DNA of 64,000 nucleotides from NCBI GenBank assembly GCA_043731625.1, contig JAYTIV010000073.1, positions 227 through 64,226 of the forward strand, written 5' to 3'. Position numbers and translations under genes: made by a program. The notes beneath the pieces were generated by a model. That model searched no databases and was not told the origin of the DNA. It was given only the letters and a program-made list of their open reading frames with translations. Shown here piece by piece: positions 39,529 through 48,865 of this stretch. The DNA comes from Flavobacterium sp. Its GTDB lineage: Bacteria > Bacteroidota > Bacteroidia > Flavobacteriales > Flavobacteriaceae. Numbering within the stretch: position 1 is the stretch's first letter; every line of letters starts with the position of its first letter.

Positions 39529-40437
39529 TTAAATTTCTTTAACCGTATTTACAATTGTACCAATTCCTTCAATTGTGGCTTTAATAACATCGCCATCATA
39601 TAGCCATTCTTGAGGATTTCTTCCTGCTCCAACTCCAGCTGGAGTTCCTGTAGCAATAATATCGCCAGGTTCTATAGTAAAAACGGTACTTAAATCTTCT
39701 ATTAATTCATTGATATTGAAAAGTAAAAATTTAGTATTCGAATTTTGCTTTTCAATACTATTTACAGTTAACGATAAATTCAAATTATGTGGATTTTTAA
39801 TTTCGTCTTTGGTGACTAAAATTGGTCCCATAGGAGCAAAAGTGTCTTGACCTTTAGATACAATCCATTGTCCTTCACGACGACAATCGCGAGCTGAGAT
39901 ATCATTGATTATCGTGTATCCAAAAACATAATCCATTGCATCTGCTTTAGAAACATATTTTCCTTTTTTTCCAATAACTATTGCCAATTCTACTTCCCAG
40001 TCTAATTGTTGTGTAAGTTTGGTGTTTTTAATTATTTCGGTATTGGTTGCTGTAACTGTTGTTGGTGGTTTGGAGAAAATAATTGGTTTTTGAGGCAATT
40101 TTCCTGTTGTGTCCAATGTTCTTGCACTTTCGGCAACGTGTTCGGTATAGTTTAATCCAATTCCGATTATGTTTTTTCTGGGTTTAGGAATAGGAGCAAG
40201 GAAGATTATTTCATCCATTTCATAGGCAATTTCATCCATTAATCCTTGTTCAGTATCAGCAATCATATCGTTGAGTTCTTCGACTAATTCATAACCCATA
40301 TCAATCAATTCTAACATTGAAGAAGGTAATGGAAAATTGGATATTTCTCCAAAATCTTCCATATCTATGACTTGATTGTTGTGGATAAAACCTAATCTTG
40401 GTTCTGAATCTTTTGTTTTGTAGGTAAGTAGTTTCAT
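39529..40437 (-). CDS. Fumarylacetoacetate hydrolase family acylpyruvate hydrolase
   Basis: IGLNY..H, LDWEVEL, NDISARD, SKGQDTF, TGTPAGVG. Confidence 0.9.
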   Translation of the reverse strand: MKLLTYKTKDSEPRLGFIHNNQVIDMEDFGEISNFPLPSSMLELIDMGYELVEELNDMIADTEQGLMDEIAYEMDEIIFLAPIPKPRKNIIGIGLNYTEHVAESARTLDTTGKLPQKPIIFSKPPTTVTATNTEIIKNTKLTQQLDWEVELAIVIGKKGKYVSKADAMDYVFGYTIINDISARDCRREGQWIVSKGQDTFAPMGPILVTKDEIKNPHNLNLSLTVNSIEKQNSNTKFLLFNINELIEDLSTVFTIEPGDIIATGTPAGVGAGRNPQEWLYDGDVIKATIEGIGTIVNTVKEI

Positions 40438-40521
40438 TTTATGCTGAATTTATTTCAGTATCTTTTTAATTGTCAATAAGATACATTTTTATTTAAATTT
40501 TTATTTTTGAATTTGTAATTG

Positions 40522-41628
40522 TTACTGCAATTGATGACCATTATTTTCTTCTAATTCTCTTGATTGAAATAATCCCAATTTTTCGATTACGGGTAAATCG
40601 TTGAATGAAAACAAACACGCTTCATCAGAATCGGATACATTATGATGTTCGTGCCAAGCCCAAGAAGGAACGCAGAAAATATCTCGTTCTTTCCAATCCA
40701 ATCGTTGTCCGTTTATGATAGAAAAACCTTTGCCTTTGGCGCATTGATACACAAACGAACCCGTATGTCTGTGTGCTTTTCCTTTAAATCCTGCTGGTAA
40801 TAATTGCATTGATGCTCCCATTGTTTGCATCACGTGACCACCAGTTAACGGATTAGAATAATGCATCAATATTCCGTCAAAACTATTAATTTCATTAACT
40901 TTTAATGCTTCAAGTAAAGCAGGATAAACCGTTTTCCAAGAATATTTAAACAATGGAGAATAGGGTTTGTCCCAAACTTTATCTGCAGGAATTAAACCGG
41001 CACAACCATAAGTTATTGGTGAATAATTTACTGGGAAATCCAAGGGTTGTTTGCCATCATAAACAGCATAATCATTGGCTTCTAAAGCATTGACTAAGGG
41101 AATATCTAAGCCGTCTTGCCAAATACACGTTTTACCGTTAGCATCAACACCGTGTTCGTGCCAAGTAGAATTAGGAGTTATTACAAAGTCATTGACTTCA
41201 AAGGTTATTTTATTTCCGTCAACTACTGTATAACCACCTTCGCCTTCCATAATAAAACGTAAAGCCGATGCTTTGTGTCGATGAGCGGAAGTACTTTCGC
41301 CAGGTTTTGTGACTTGAATACCCGTATACAACCAACCTACAGCTGCTGAAACGTCTTTACGATTGTCGTTAACCAAATATACTACGCGTCTTCCTGCTTG
41401 TTCTGGAGTGACAAGTTCTGATGATTTTAAAACTAAGTTTCTTAAATCTTCATATTTCCAAAGCATCTGAACCGATGAGCTTCTTGGTTCCCAAGGTTCA
41501 ATATCATTGGCAACTGTCCATAAAGCACCAGCGCCAAGAGCTTCTAATTCTTTGTAATAGGCGATTAACTCAGGAGAATCTTGAACTCTTGCGCGACCAA
41601 TTTGGTCATCTGAAAATTTATCTTCCAT
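40522..41628 (-). CDS. Gentisate 1,2-dioxygenase family bicupin ring-cleavage enzyme
   Basis: RRVVYLVN, HRH..SALRF, WHEHG, DGLDIP; second cupin HRHT and VPSW.WHEH. Confidence 0.9.
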   Translation of the reverse strand: MEDKFSDDQIGRARVQDSPELIAYYKELEALGAGALWTVANDIEPWEPRSSSVQMLWKYEDLRNLVLKSSELVTPEQAGRRVVYLVNDNRKDVSAAVGWLYTGIQVTKPGESTSAHRHKASALRFIMEGEGGYTVVDGNKITFEVNDFVITPNSTWHEHGVDANGKTCIWQDGLDIPLVNALEANDYAVYDGKQPLDFPVNYSPITYGCAGLIPADKVWDKPYSPLFKYSWKTVYPALLEALKVNEINSFDGILMHYSNPLTGGHVMQTMGASMQLLPAGFKGKAHRHTGSFVYQCAKGKGFSIINGQRLDWKERDIFCVPSWAWHEHHNVSDSDEACLFSFNDLPVIEKLGLFQSRELEENNGHQLQ

Positions 41629-41643
41629 AATTTTTTAATTTTC

Positions 41644-41707
41644 AAACCATTAAGGTATTAAGCTTCATTAAGTTTTGACTTAATTTTTCTTAATACCTTA
41701 ATGGTTT
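41644..41707. repeat. REP-like palindrome, ACCATTAAG family (copy 2)
   Basis: Perfect 19-bp arms AAACCATTAAGGTATTAAG / CTTAATACCTTAATGGTTT. Confidence 0.75.
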
Positions 41708-42689
41708 AATTTTTCTTATTGAACTCCTCGTGATTATCAATAAATGTAATTTTTCGTGTTGGTGCAATATTTACGCGTAAATCAAAAATATCAAATCTAT
41801 TATAATGCCCTAAAATGTCGTGCATTTGTTTGGGTTGTATGCATTTTTCTAAATCAATATCGGCATAAATCATTCCTTCATCATCAATTAAAGGCGTTCC
41901 TATAACTGCTCCATTTGGACCAATAAATCCAGAAAAAGCAGAGTTTTTTCGAGTTAAAAGTTCATCAATATTTGGTACATCTTCACGCAAGGCGTCTTTA
42001 ATTTCTTGAGAAATGGTAGAGCACGATACAATGGTAAATAATTTTCCTTCAAATGAATGGGCACAAGCGCGAATTTTTATGGCTTCTGCCATATCATAAT
42101 CTGGTGGCGCAACAGGAAGCGAAATATAATTGGCAATGTGAATTAATTCGCTTTGAGAAAGTAAGGTGAATCGTGCCAAAGTATTGGTGTTTTCGCCACA
42201 AGCCAAAGTTCCAATTGGTCCAATTTCAGTATTATATACTTTGAGAGAAGAACCATCACCGGATGTCCAAGTGAGTTTTTCTGCCCAAGTTGGGACTAAT
42301 TTTCGGTGTTTGCCAATTAGATTTCCATTGTTATCGATGATTAAATTGGTATTGTAAATTTCGCCATAACTATCACCACGTTCATTGATTCCTATAACAA
42401 TATGAATGTTATTGTCTTTTGCCGCTTGAAATAAGGGTTTCATTGCTTCATCTGTAACAGCAACTGAATTTTTATACAATTGTTCGTACCATTTACTACC
42501 TTGAATAGGAGTCATAATCCAATTCCAATACGGATAACCTGCCACAAATACTTCAGGAAAAGCAATAAGTTGTGCTCCGTTTTGACTGGCTTCTACGATG
42601 AAAGAAATGGCTTTTTCAACCGTTTTTTCTACATTTAGAAAAATAGGTGATGTTTGTACGGTTGCTGCTTTGAATTTTTTGAAATCCAT
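41706..42689 (-). CDS. Nitrilase/carbon-nitrogen hydrolase
   Basis: Glu-Lys-Cys triad: FPEVF, HRKLVPT, LACGEN; GHYNRFDIF. Confidence 0.9.
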   Translation of the reverse strand: MDFKKFKAATVQTSPIFLNVEKTVEKAISFIVEASQNGAQLIAFPEVFVAGYPYWNWIMTPIQGSKWYEQLYKNSVAVTDEAMKPLFQAAKDNNIHIVIGINERGDSYGEIYNTNLIIDNNGNLIGKHRKLVPTWAEKLTWTSGDGSSLKVYNTEIGPIGTLACGENTNTLARFTLLSQSELIHIANYISLPVAPPDYDMAEAIKIRACAHSFEGKLFTIVSCSTISQEIKDALREDVPNIDELLTRKNSAFSGFIGPNGAVIGTPLIDDEGMIYADIDLEKCIQPKQMHDILGHYNRFDIFDLRVNIAPTRKITFIDNHEEFNKKN

Positions 42690-42753
42690 ATTTTTTTTTA
42701 TTACGAATTGAGAATTACTAATTATGAATTGAAAACGAGAATTAACTCGTAAT

Positions 42754-43176
42754 TCATAATATGTAATTCATAATTTTTATTTTCATTTCTTCAGAAAAGG
42801 CTTCGGCTTTAATTGTATTTCTATCTTCTGCAATGGCAACATTTACCAGTGTTACTTCGCCTTCAAGGCAGGGTTTTCCTTGTTGGTCTTCAAATTTAAA
42901 TCCGCAAATTATAGAAGAACTACCTAGTTGATTGACCCATAATTTTTTTGTTAGTATTTCACCTAATCGAGCTGCTTTTTTGAATTGTACTTTTAAATCA
43001 ACAGTTGGAATTCCGTTGGTTTCGTGAATTTTAGAAAACGGTCTGTCAAGTGCTTCTTCAAACCAATCTTCGACTAAATCGTTGAGCATTTCTAGAAAAC
43101 GAGGATAGAATACAATTCCTGCATAATCAACGTGTTTGAAACGAATTTTTTCTTGTTTGGTGTATGGTTGGTTCAT
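42754..43176 (-). CDS. Acyl-CoA thioesterase (4HBT/YbgC hotdog fold)
   Basis: IRFKHVDYAGIVFYPRF. Confidence 0.9.
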   Translation of the reverse strand: MNQPYTKQEKIRFKHVDYAGIVFYPRFLEMLNDLVEDWFEEALDRPFSKIHETNGIPTVDLKVQFKKAARLGEILTKKLWVNQLGSSSIICGFKFEDQQGKPCLEGEVTLVNVAIAEDRNTIKAEAFSEEMKIKIMNYIL

Positions 43177-43295
43177 TATTCTTTTTTAGCCACGAATTTC
43201 ACGAATTGGCTCGAATTTTTATTTTATTATTATTTTAAAAAATTTAATTGATTGTAACCAATCTTTAAATTAAACACCTACCATTGCTGATAAGA

Positions 43296-43397
43296 TTAGC
43301 CCCGATAGCAGTGGAAATCCTTTTTATACCTGTCAGGTTTCAAAAACCTGACAGGTATAAAAAGATTGCAACGAATAGCGGGAAATAGCTTCTAAAA
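43296..43397 (+). repeat. Dispersed structured repeat, Flavo-1 RNA-like (copy 2) with nested palindrome
   Basis: Same flanks as 32442-32520; central stem is TTTTTATACCTGTCAGGTTT-CAA-AAACCTGACAGGTATAAAAA (43321-43363). Confidence 0.6.
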
Positions 43398-43509
43398 CTT
43401 TTCTAGACTCGCTCTTTTCCAAAAGTACAAAAATTCTTTTGGTAACTCGGGGAATGTTTGTGCAAAAGTTTCGCTTTGATTTCTTTGTACCAATTGTGTA
43501 TTCTGTATG

Positions 43510-45090
43510 TTATTTTAATTTAAATCGTTGTATTTTTCCTGTTTCGGTTTTGGGTAATTCTTCTACAAAATATAAAAGTCTTGGATATTTATAAGGTGCT
43601 GCTACTTCTTTGAACCATTGTTGTATTTCTTTTGATAATTGATTAGAAGCTATATTATAATCTTTTAGAACTACATAGGCACAAACCAACATTCCGCGTT
43701 CTTCATCTGGCAAACCAACAACTGCACATTCTAAAACCAAATCGTGAGTGAGGAGAACACTTTCTACCTCAATAGCTGCAATATTATAACCTGAAGAAAT
43801 AATCATATCGTCACCACGAGCCACAAACCAAAAATAACCATCTTCGTCTTGACGAAAAATATCGCCTGTAATGTTCCAACCATTTTCGACATATTCTTTT
43901 TGTTTGTCAATTCGGTTTAAGTATTTACATCCTGTAATGCCACGAACGGCTAATCTTCCAGCACTATTTCTTTCAACTTCATTTCCGTTATTGTCAATAA
44001 TTTTGGCTTCATAACCAATCACTGCTTTTCCTGTTGCGCCAGGTTTCATATTCTCTTCATTAGATGATATAAAAATATGAAGCATTTCGGTAGCACCAAT
44101 TCCGTCAATTATTTTTAAACCTGTTGCTTCATACCAATCTTGCCAAACCTTTAACGGTAAGGTTTCGCCAGCTGAAACGCATTTTCTTAAACTCGAAATA
44201 TCAAAATCATTTACTTTGGAAGTAATGATTCGCCAAGCAGTTGGAGCTGTAAAACAAATGGTTATTTTATAGTCTTGAATGGCTTGAAGCAATAATTCTG
44301 GGCTTGGTTTTTCGATTAAAAAAGTAGATGCGCCAAAATACATGGGAAACAGAACCAAACCTCCAAGTCCAAATGTAAAGCCGATTGGTGGACTTCCAGT
44401 GAAAATATCATTAGAAGTTGGTTGCAATGAATATTGGGGAAAAGCTTCACAAATATTTAAAATATCTTTATGAAAATGCGCTGTCATTTTGGGTAATCCT
44501 GTTGTTCCTGATGTAAAGCCAATTAGAGCAACATTATCTGTTTTTGATTTATAATTTGTAAAAGTTTTGGGTTTTGTTTCCATTAATTCTTCTAATTGAG
44601 AATTGCCATAGAAACAAGCCATCTTTAAAAAATTGGATTGTACTAAATGAATTTCTTCTTCTAAATCTATATCACAAAAACAATGTGAAATTTCGGCACA
44701 ATCAATAATTGTGGATAATTCTTTTGAACGAAGTAATGGCATTGTGGCAACTACTATTCCACCAGCTTTGAGAATGGCATACCAACACGCCACCATCATA
44801 GGGTTATTGGCAGAACGAATAAGCACTCTATTTCCTGATTGCAATCCTAAATCATCTACTAAAACGTGTGCAATTTGATTGGCTTTTTCAAATAAATCTT
44901 GATAAGTCCAAGTTGTTTCAAAAGTTTGGATACAAATAGCATTTCCATTTCCATTTGAAATATGAAAATCTAATAATCGTTCGACACAGTTGAGCATTTC
45001 TGGATGTTGAAACTGAGGCAAATCTGAATATACATACTCAGGTTGTAAGTCTAAATCTGGTAAATTGATTTGAGCAAAATTATCAATCAT
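43510..45090 (-). CDS. 2-aminobenzoate/benzoate-CoA ligase family AMP-binding enzyme
   Basis: FTSGTTGLPK, SPPIGFTFGLGG, SAGETLP, DGIGATEMLHIFIS, PKTETGKIQRF. Confidence 0.85.
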   Translation of the reverse strand: MIDNFAQINLPDLDLQPEYVYSDLPQFQHPEMLNCVERLLDFHISNGNGNAICIQTFETTWTYQDLFEKANQIAHVLVDDLGLQSGNRVLIRSANNPMMVACWYAILKAGGIVVATMPLLRSKELSTIIDCAEISHCFCDIDLEEEIHLVQSNFLKMACFYGNSQLEELMETKPKTFTNYKSKTDNVALIGFTSGTTGLPKMTAHFHKDILNICEAFPQYSLQPTSNDIFTGSPPIGFTFGLGGLVLFPMYFGASTFLIEKPSPELLLQAIQDYKITICFTAPTAWRIITSKVNDFDISSLRKCVSAGETLPLKVWQDWYEATGLKIIDGIGATEMLHIFISSNEENMKPGATGKAVIGYEAKIIDNNGNEVERNSAGRLAVRGITGCKYLNRIDKQKEYVENGWNITGDIFRQDEDGYFWFVARGDDMIISSGYNIAAIEVESVLLTHDLVLECAVVGLPDEERGMLVCAYVVLKDYNIASNQLSKEIQQWFKEVAAPYKYPRLLYFVEELPKTETGKIQRFKLK

Positions 45091-45108
45091 TTAATTTCAA
45101 ATTAGGAA

Positions 45109-47406
45109 TTATTTATGACTTTCAGGTTTTAACGCTTTCTTCATTCCTTCTTTTTCTTTTCTTTCTGCTGCTTTTAATGGATATAAATGGGATATTCCAG
45201 CTATGTACTGATTCGGAATATCATCTGGTTTAAATTGTTCGTAGGCTTGAGCATTTCGTACAAAATTCGGATCTAGCAATAATGGTCTTCCCAGCGCAAC
45301 CAAATCAGCTCTACCATTCAATAGAATCGTATTTACTTGATCAATGTCTTGAATGTAACCTGTTGTTATTGTTGGGATATGCGTTTCATTTCGAACCAAA
45401 TCTGAAAATGGAGTTTGCCACATTCTACCTATTTGTGGTTGCTGATTTTCGACCGTATTTCCGGTAGAAACGTTTATAATATCTGCTCCAGCATTTTTGA
45501 AAGTATTTGCAATTAATACTACTTCTTCTTCAGTAATACCATTATCTGCCCAATCTGAAGCTGAAATTCTTACCGACATAGGTTTGTTTTCATTAAAAAC
45601 TTCACGCATTGCCACAAAAACCTGCAAGGGAAATTTTAGTCTATTTTCAATGCTTCCGCCATATTTGTCTTTTCGAATGTTGGTCAATGGAGATAGAAAA
45701 GAAGCTAATAGAAATCCGTGATGTGCTTGCAATTCAATCATATCAAATCCTGCTTCATCTGCATTTATAGTTGCTTGAACAAATTCTGATAAAATGGTAT
45801 TCATATCGGCAACCGTCATTTGTTTGGGTGCTTTCATCGCATTTGAAAAAGGAATTGGTGAAGCCGAAATCAAATCCCAACCATTTTTTACTAAAGGTAT
45901 ATTAGATCCAACAGTTGGCACGTTTACAGAACCTTTTCTGCCGGAATGTCCTAATTGAATTCCGATTTTAGATTTACTATTTAAATGAACATATTTAGTA
46001 ATTTTTTTCCATTTAAGTGTTTGCTCTTCAGACCAAATTCCAGCACAACCTAAAGTGATTCTTCCTTTTTTGGAAATGGCGGTCATCTCTGTCAAAATCA
46101 ATCCTACACCACCAGTTGCTCGAGCACCATAATGCACCAAATGCCAATTGTTTACCAATCCGTTTTCGGCAGAATATTGTCCCATAGGCGACATGACAAT
46201 TCTGTTTTTAAGATGCATACCTCTCAAAACTAAAGGAGTAAAAGCAGCAGGTGTTTTTACTTTGAAATTACCAATATTACAATTGAATTCGGTTAATACT
46301 TTTTCTGTAAAAGTAGCATCACGAAGTGCTAAATTTTCATAAGTTACCTTTTTAGAACGCGTCATCACACCAAATGCAAATTGCATAAAATCGTGTTGCA
46401 TATGACGATCCATATGTTCAAACCAATCCAGTGAGACAATGGCTGCGTGCTGAATCATTTCTACACGATTACGACGTAGTTTTTCGTAGTTTTCAAATAC
46501 TTTGGTTTTATTGGTTTTATATTCTAGTATACTATCTGCAAGTGCAATGGCACATTCCATCGCTAGTTTAGTTCCAGAACCTATAGAATAGTGAGCGGTT
46601 GCTTTTGCATCACCTAATAACACAATGTTATTATGAAACCATTTTTGGTTGGTAACATGAGGAAATTGACGCCAATGTGATTTATTGGAAATTAAGGCAT
46701 GTCCGTCTAATTCCTCAGCAAAAATTTCTGCTAATTTTAGAATGGTATCCTCTTCTTTTGAAGTTTCGAACCCAATATTCTCCCACGTTTTTTCTGAACA
46801 TTCAAATATCCAAGTACTCATTCCTTTTTGATATTGATAGGAATGGGCAACAATGGTTCCGTGTGGTGTTGATCTAAAAAAATAAGTAAAGGCATCTAGT
46901 GGTTTTGTTGAACCCAACCAAACAAATTTGTTTTTTTGCAATGTGATTTTAGTGCCAAAATTTTTGGCATATTTTTCTCGAATTGGACTATTAATTCCAT
47001 CACATGCAATAATATAATCGGCATCTTTAAACTGTGAAACATCGTCAATGTTGTGTTCAAAATGTAGTTTTACACCTTCTTCAACACAACGTTGTTGGAG
47101 TAATTGAAGTAATGTTTTTCGGGAACAACCACAAAAACCATTTCCTGTAATCCTTACAACTTCTCCATCACGAGCCACATCAAGGTCATCCCAATAGGCA
47201 AATTTACTTCTAATTAATTCATATGATTTTGGATCTCTAGAAAGAAATTCGCTCAATGTTTCGTCTGAAAAAACAACACCAAACCCAAAACTATCATCTG
47301 CTTTGTTCTGTTCATAAATATCTATTTCACAAGACGGCATTGCTTTTTTTAATAAAATCGAAAAGTATAAACCTCCAGGACCACCACCAATTACAGTTAT
47401 TTTCAT
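45109..47406 (-). CDS. Anthraniloyl-CoA monooxygenase / salicylyl-CoA 5-hydroxylase with fused old-yellow-enzyme domain
   Basis: GGGPGGLY, FGFGVVFSD, GDAKATAHYSIGSGTKLA; OYE domain NRIVMSPM, QLGHSGRK, R.DKYGGS.ENR; active-site segment is ELQAHHGFLL. Confidence 0.9.
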   Translation of the reverse strand: MKITVIGGGPGGLYFSILLKKAMPSCEIDIYEQNKADDSFGFGVVFSDETLSEFLSRDPKSYELIRSKFAYWDDLDVARDGEVVRITGNGFCGCSRKTLLQLLQQRCVEEGVKLHFEHNIDDVSQFKDADYIIACDGINSPIREKYAKNFGTKITLQKNKFVWLGSTKPLDAFTYFFRSTPHGTIVAHSYQYQKGMSTWIFECSEKTWENIGFETSKEEDTILKLAEIFAEELDGHALISNKSHWRQFPHVTNQKWFHNNIVLLGDAKATAHYSIGSGTKLAMECAIALADSILEYKTNKTKVFENYEKLRRNRVEMIQHAAIVSLDWFEHMDRHMQHDFMQFAFGVMTRSKKVTYENLALRDATFTEKVLTEFNCNIGNFKVKTPAAFTPLVLRGMHLKNRIVMSPMGQYSAENGLVNNWHLVHYGARATGGVGLILTEMTAISKKGRITLGCAGIWSEEQTLKWKKITKYVHLNSKSKIGIQLGHSGRKGSVNVPTVGSNIPLVKNGWDLISASPIPFSNAMKAPKQMTVADMNTILSEFVQATINADEAGFDMIELQAHHGFLLASFLSPLTNIRKDKYGGSIENRLKFPLQVFVAMREVFNENKPMSVRISASDWADNGITEEEVVLIANTFKNAGADIINVSTGNTVENQQPQIGRMWQTPFSDLVRNETHIPTITTGYIQDIDQVNTILLNGRADLVALGRPLLLDPNFVRNAQAYEQFKPDDIPNQYIAGISHLYPLKAAERKEKEGMKKALKPESHK

Positions 47407-47460
47407 AATTACTTTTTTTGAACAAATTCAAATAGATTTGAAAGAATAAAATTCTAAAAT

Positions 47461-47916
47461 TTATTTTTTTAAATAATCAAAGGAGCCTTTTCTCAAATTG
47501 ATTCCATATTCTAAATAAGCTTTAAGACATGCTAGAAAATTAGACCATCCAAAAGAATTTCCCGACAACCATTTTATACCTGCTTCATCATTATTCCTAC
47601 TTTTTTCAGAAATAGATACTAAGGTAGTATTATTTTCTTTTGAAGTCAATGTTATTTCTACCAAAAGTTCTATTTCATCCATAAACCAATAATAGGAGAT
47701 GTATTTGTTGATTTCTATTTTGCCCACACGAATAGGACATTCGAATTCAAATTCTGGAAATTTCCATATCAAATTTTTTCCTTCCTCCATAATTCCTGAA
47801 CTTTCAGAAATAAAATAATGAGACATTTGCTCTGGATGTATTATAGCTTCAAAAACCTCATTTATTGGTTTTTGAATTTGCATAGCAACATTGATTGATA
47901 ATAGATCTGTTTTCAT
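47461..47916 (-). CDS. SRPBCC/AHSA1-like START-domain protein
   Basis: IQKPINEVFEA, GWSNFLACLKAYLE. Confidence 0.8.
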   Translation of the reverse strand: MKTDLLSINVAMQIQKPINEVFEAIIHPEQMSHYFISESSGIMEEGKNLIWKFPEFEFECPIRVGKIEINKYISYYWFMDEIELLVEITLTSKENNTTLVSISEKSRNNDEAGIKWLSGNSFGWSNFLACLKAYLEYGINLRKGSFDYLKK

Positions 47917-47919
47917 AAT

Positions 47920-48525
47920 TTAGTTTCTTTTAACTGAAAAAACGGTTCCAATAGTAGTATAACTTGCTCCAGCCAAACGAGCAATAGGATTGTAGGTATC
48001 CATATTGATTTTAAAATCATCAAGCAAAACACTCTCATCAATATGAAACATCACTATTTTTCCGATAATGATCGTAGAACCACCAAACTTGTGATTTTCT
48101 AAAGCATAATGATGTACCAATTCACATTCCATCGTGATAAGACTTTCTTTAACTCTTGGAGGTTTTATCAAAAGGGAAGGAATAGGAGTAAGGTTGGCCA
48201 AATCAAATTCGCTTTCGTGAGAAGGAATCCCTTGCGCCGTTGCATTCATTTGTTCGACTAGATTTTCAGAAACCATATTAACCACAAATTGTTTGGTAAT
48301 CAATACATTGTTTAAGGTGTCTTTATTTGCATTACTATTACTGCTTGCCGAGAACATCACGTGTGGTGGATCATCACCTACAGCATTAAAAAAAGAAAAA
48401 GGAGCCAAATTGGTAATTCCTTCTTCACTAATGCTTGAAATCCAACCAATTGGACGAGGAATAATAATACCCGTAAGTAATTTATAAATGGCTTTTTGTT
48501 CTAAATTATTTGGATTGAATTCCAT
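47920..48525 (-). CDS. Flavin reductase family protein
   Basis: PRPIGWISS, NLAPFSFFN, KDTLNN, IARLAG. Confidence 0.9.
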   Translation of the reverse strand: MEFNPNNLEQKAIYKLLTGIIIPRPIGWISSISEEGITNLAPFSFFNAVGDDPPHVMFSASSNSNANKDTLNNVLITKQFVVNMVSENLVEQMNATAQGIPSHESEFDLANLTPIPSLLIKPPRVKESLITMECELVHHYALENHKFGGSTIIIGKIVMFHIDESVLLDDFKINMDTYNPIARLAGASYTTIGTVFSVKRN

Positions 48526-48622
48526 TGCTTTGTTTTGTTAATACTACAAATTAAAGCTATTTTTTTTGAATTTTATAAATTAAAAAGGCATTCAATTGCT
48601 AATTTATTTACTAATTCGAATT

Positions 48623-48853
48623 TTATTTTTGATTCTTTGAAGATGTATTTGCTGCTATCCAAAATAAAATAGTACATGCTGAAACAAAATAAGGAAAAAA
48701 ACCAAATAAAGTATCTGAAACAGAATGTGAATGACTATCTATAGCTATAAAAATATTTACACAAAAAGCAATAGTTAGCAAGGAAATGACATACCCAATT
48801 ATAGAAATTGGAACATAAATCCAACTTGTTTTTTTAAACCAGTTTGTTTTCAT
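48623..48853 (-). CDS. Small two-TM hypothetical protein
   Basis: 76 aa, two hydrophobic helices around DSHSHSVSDTL. Confidence 0.6.
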   Translation of the reverse strand: MKTNWFKKTSWIYVPISIIGYVISLLTIAFCVNIFIAIDSHSHSVSDTLFGFFPYFVSACTILFWIAANTSSKNQK

Positions 48854-48865
48854 TATGAGGATGAT

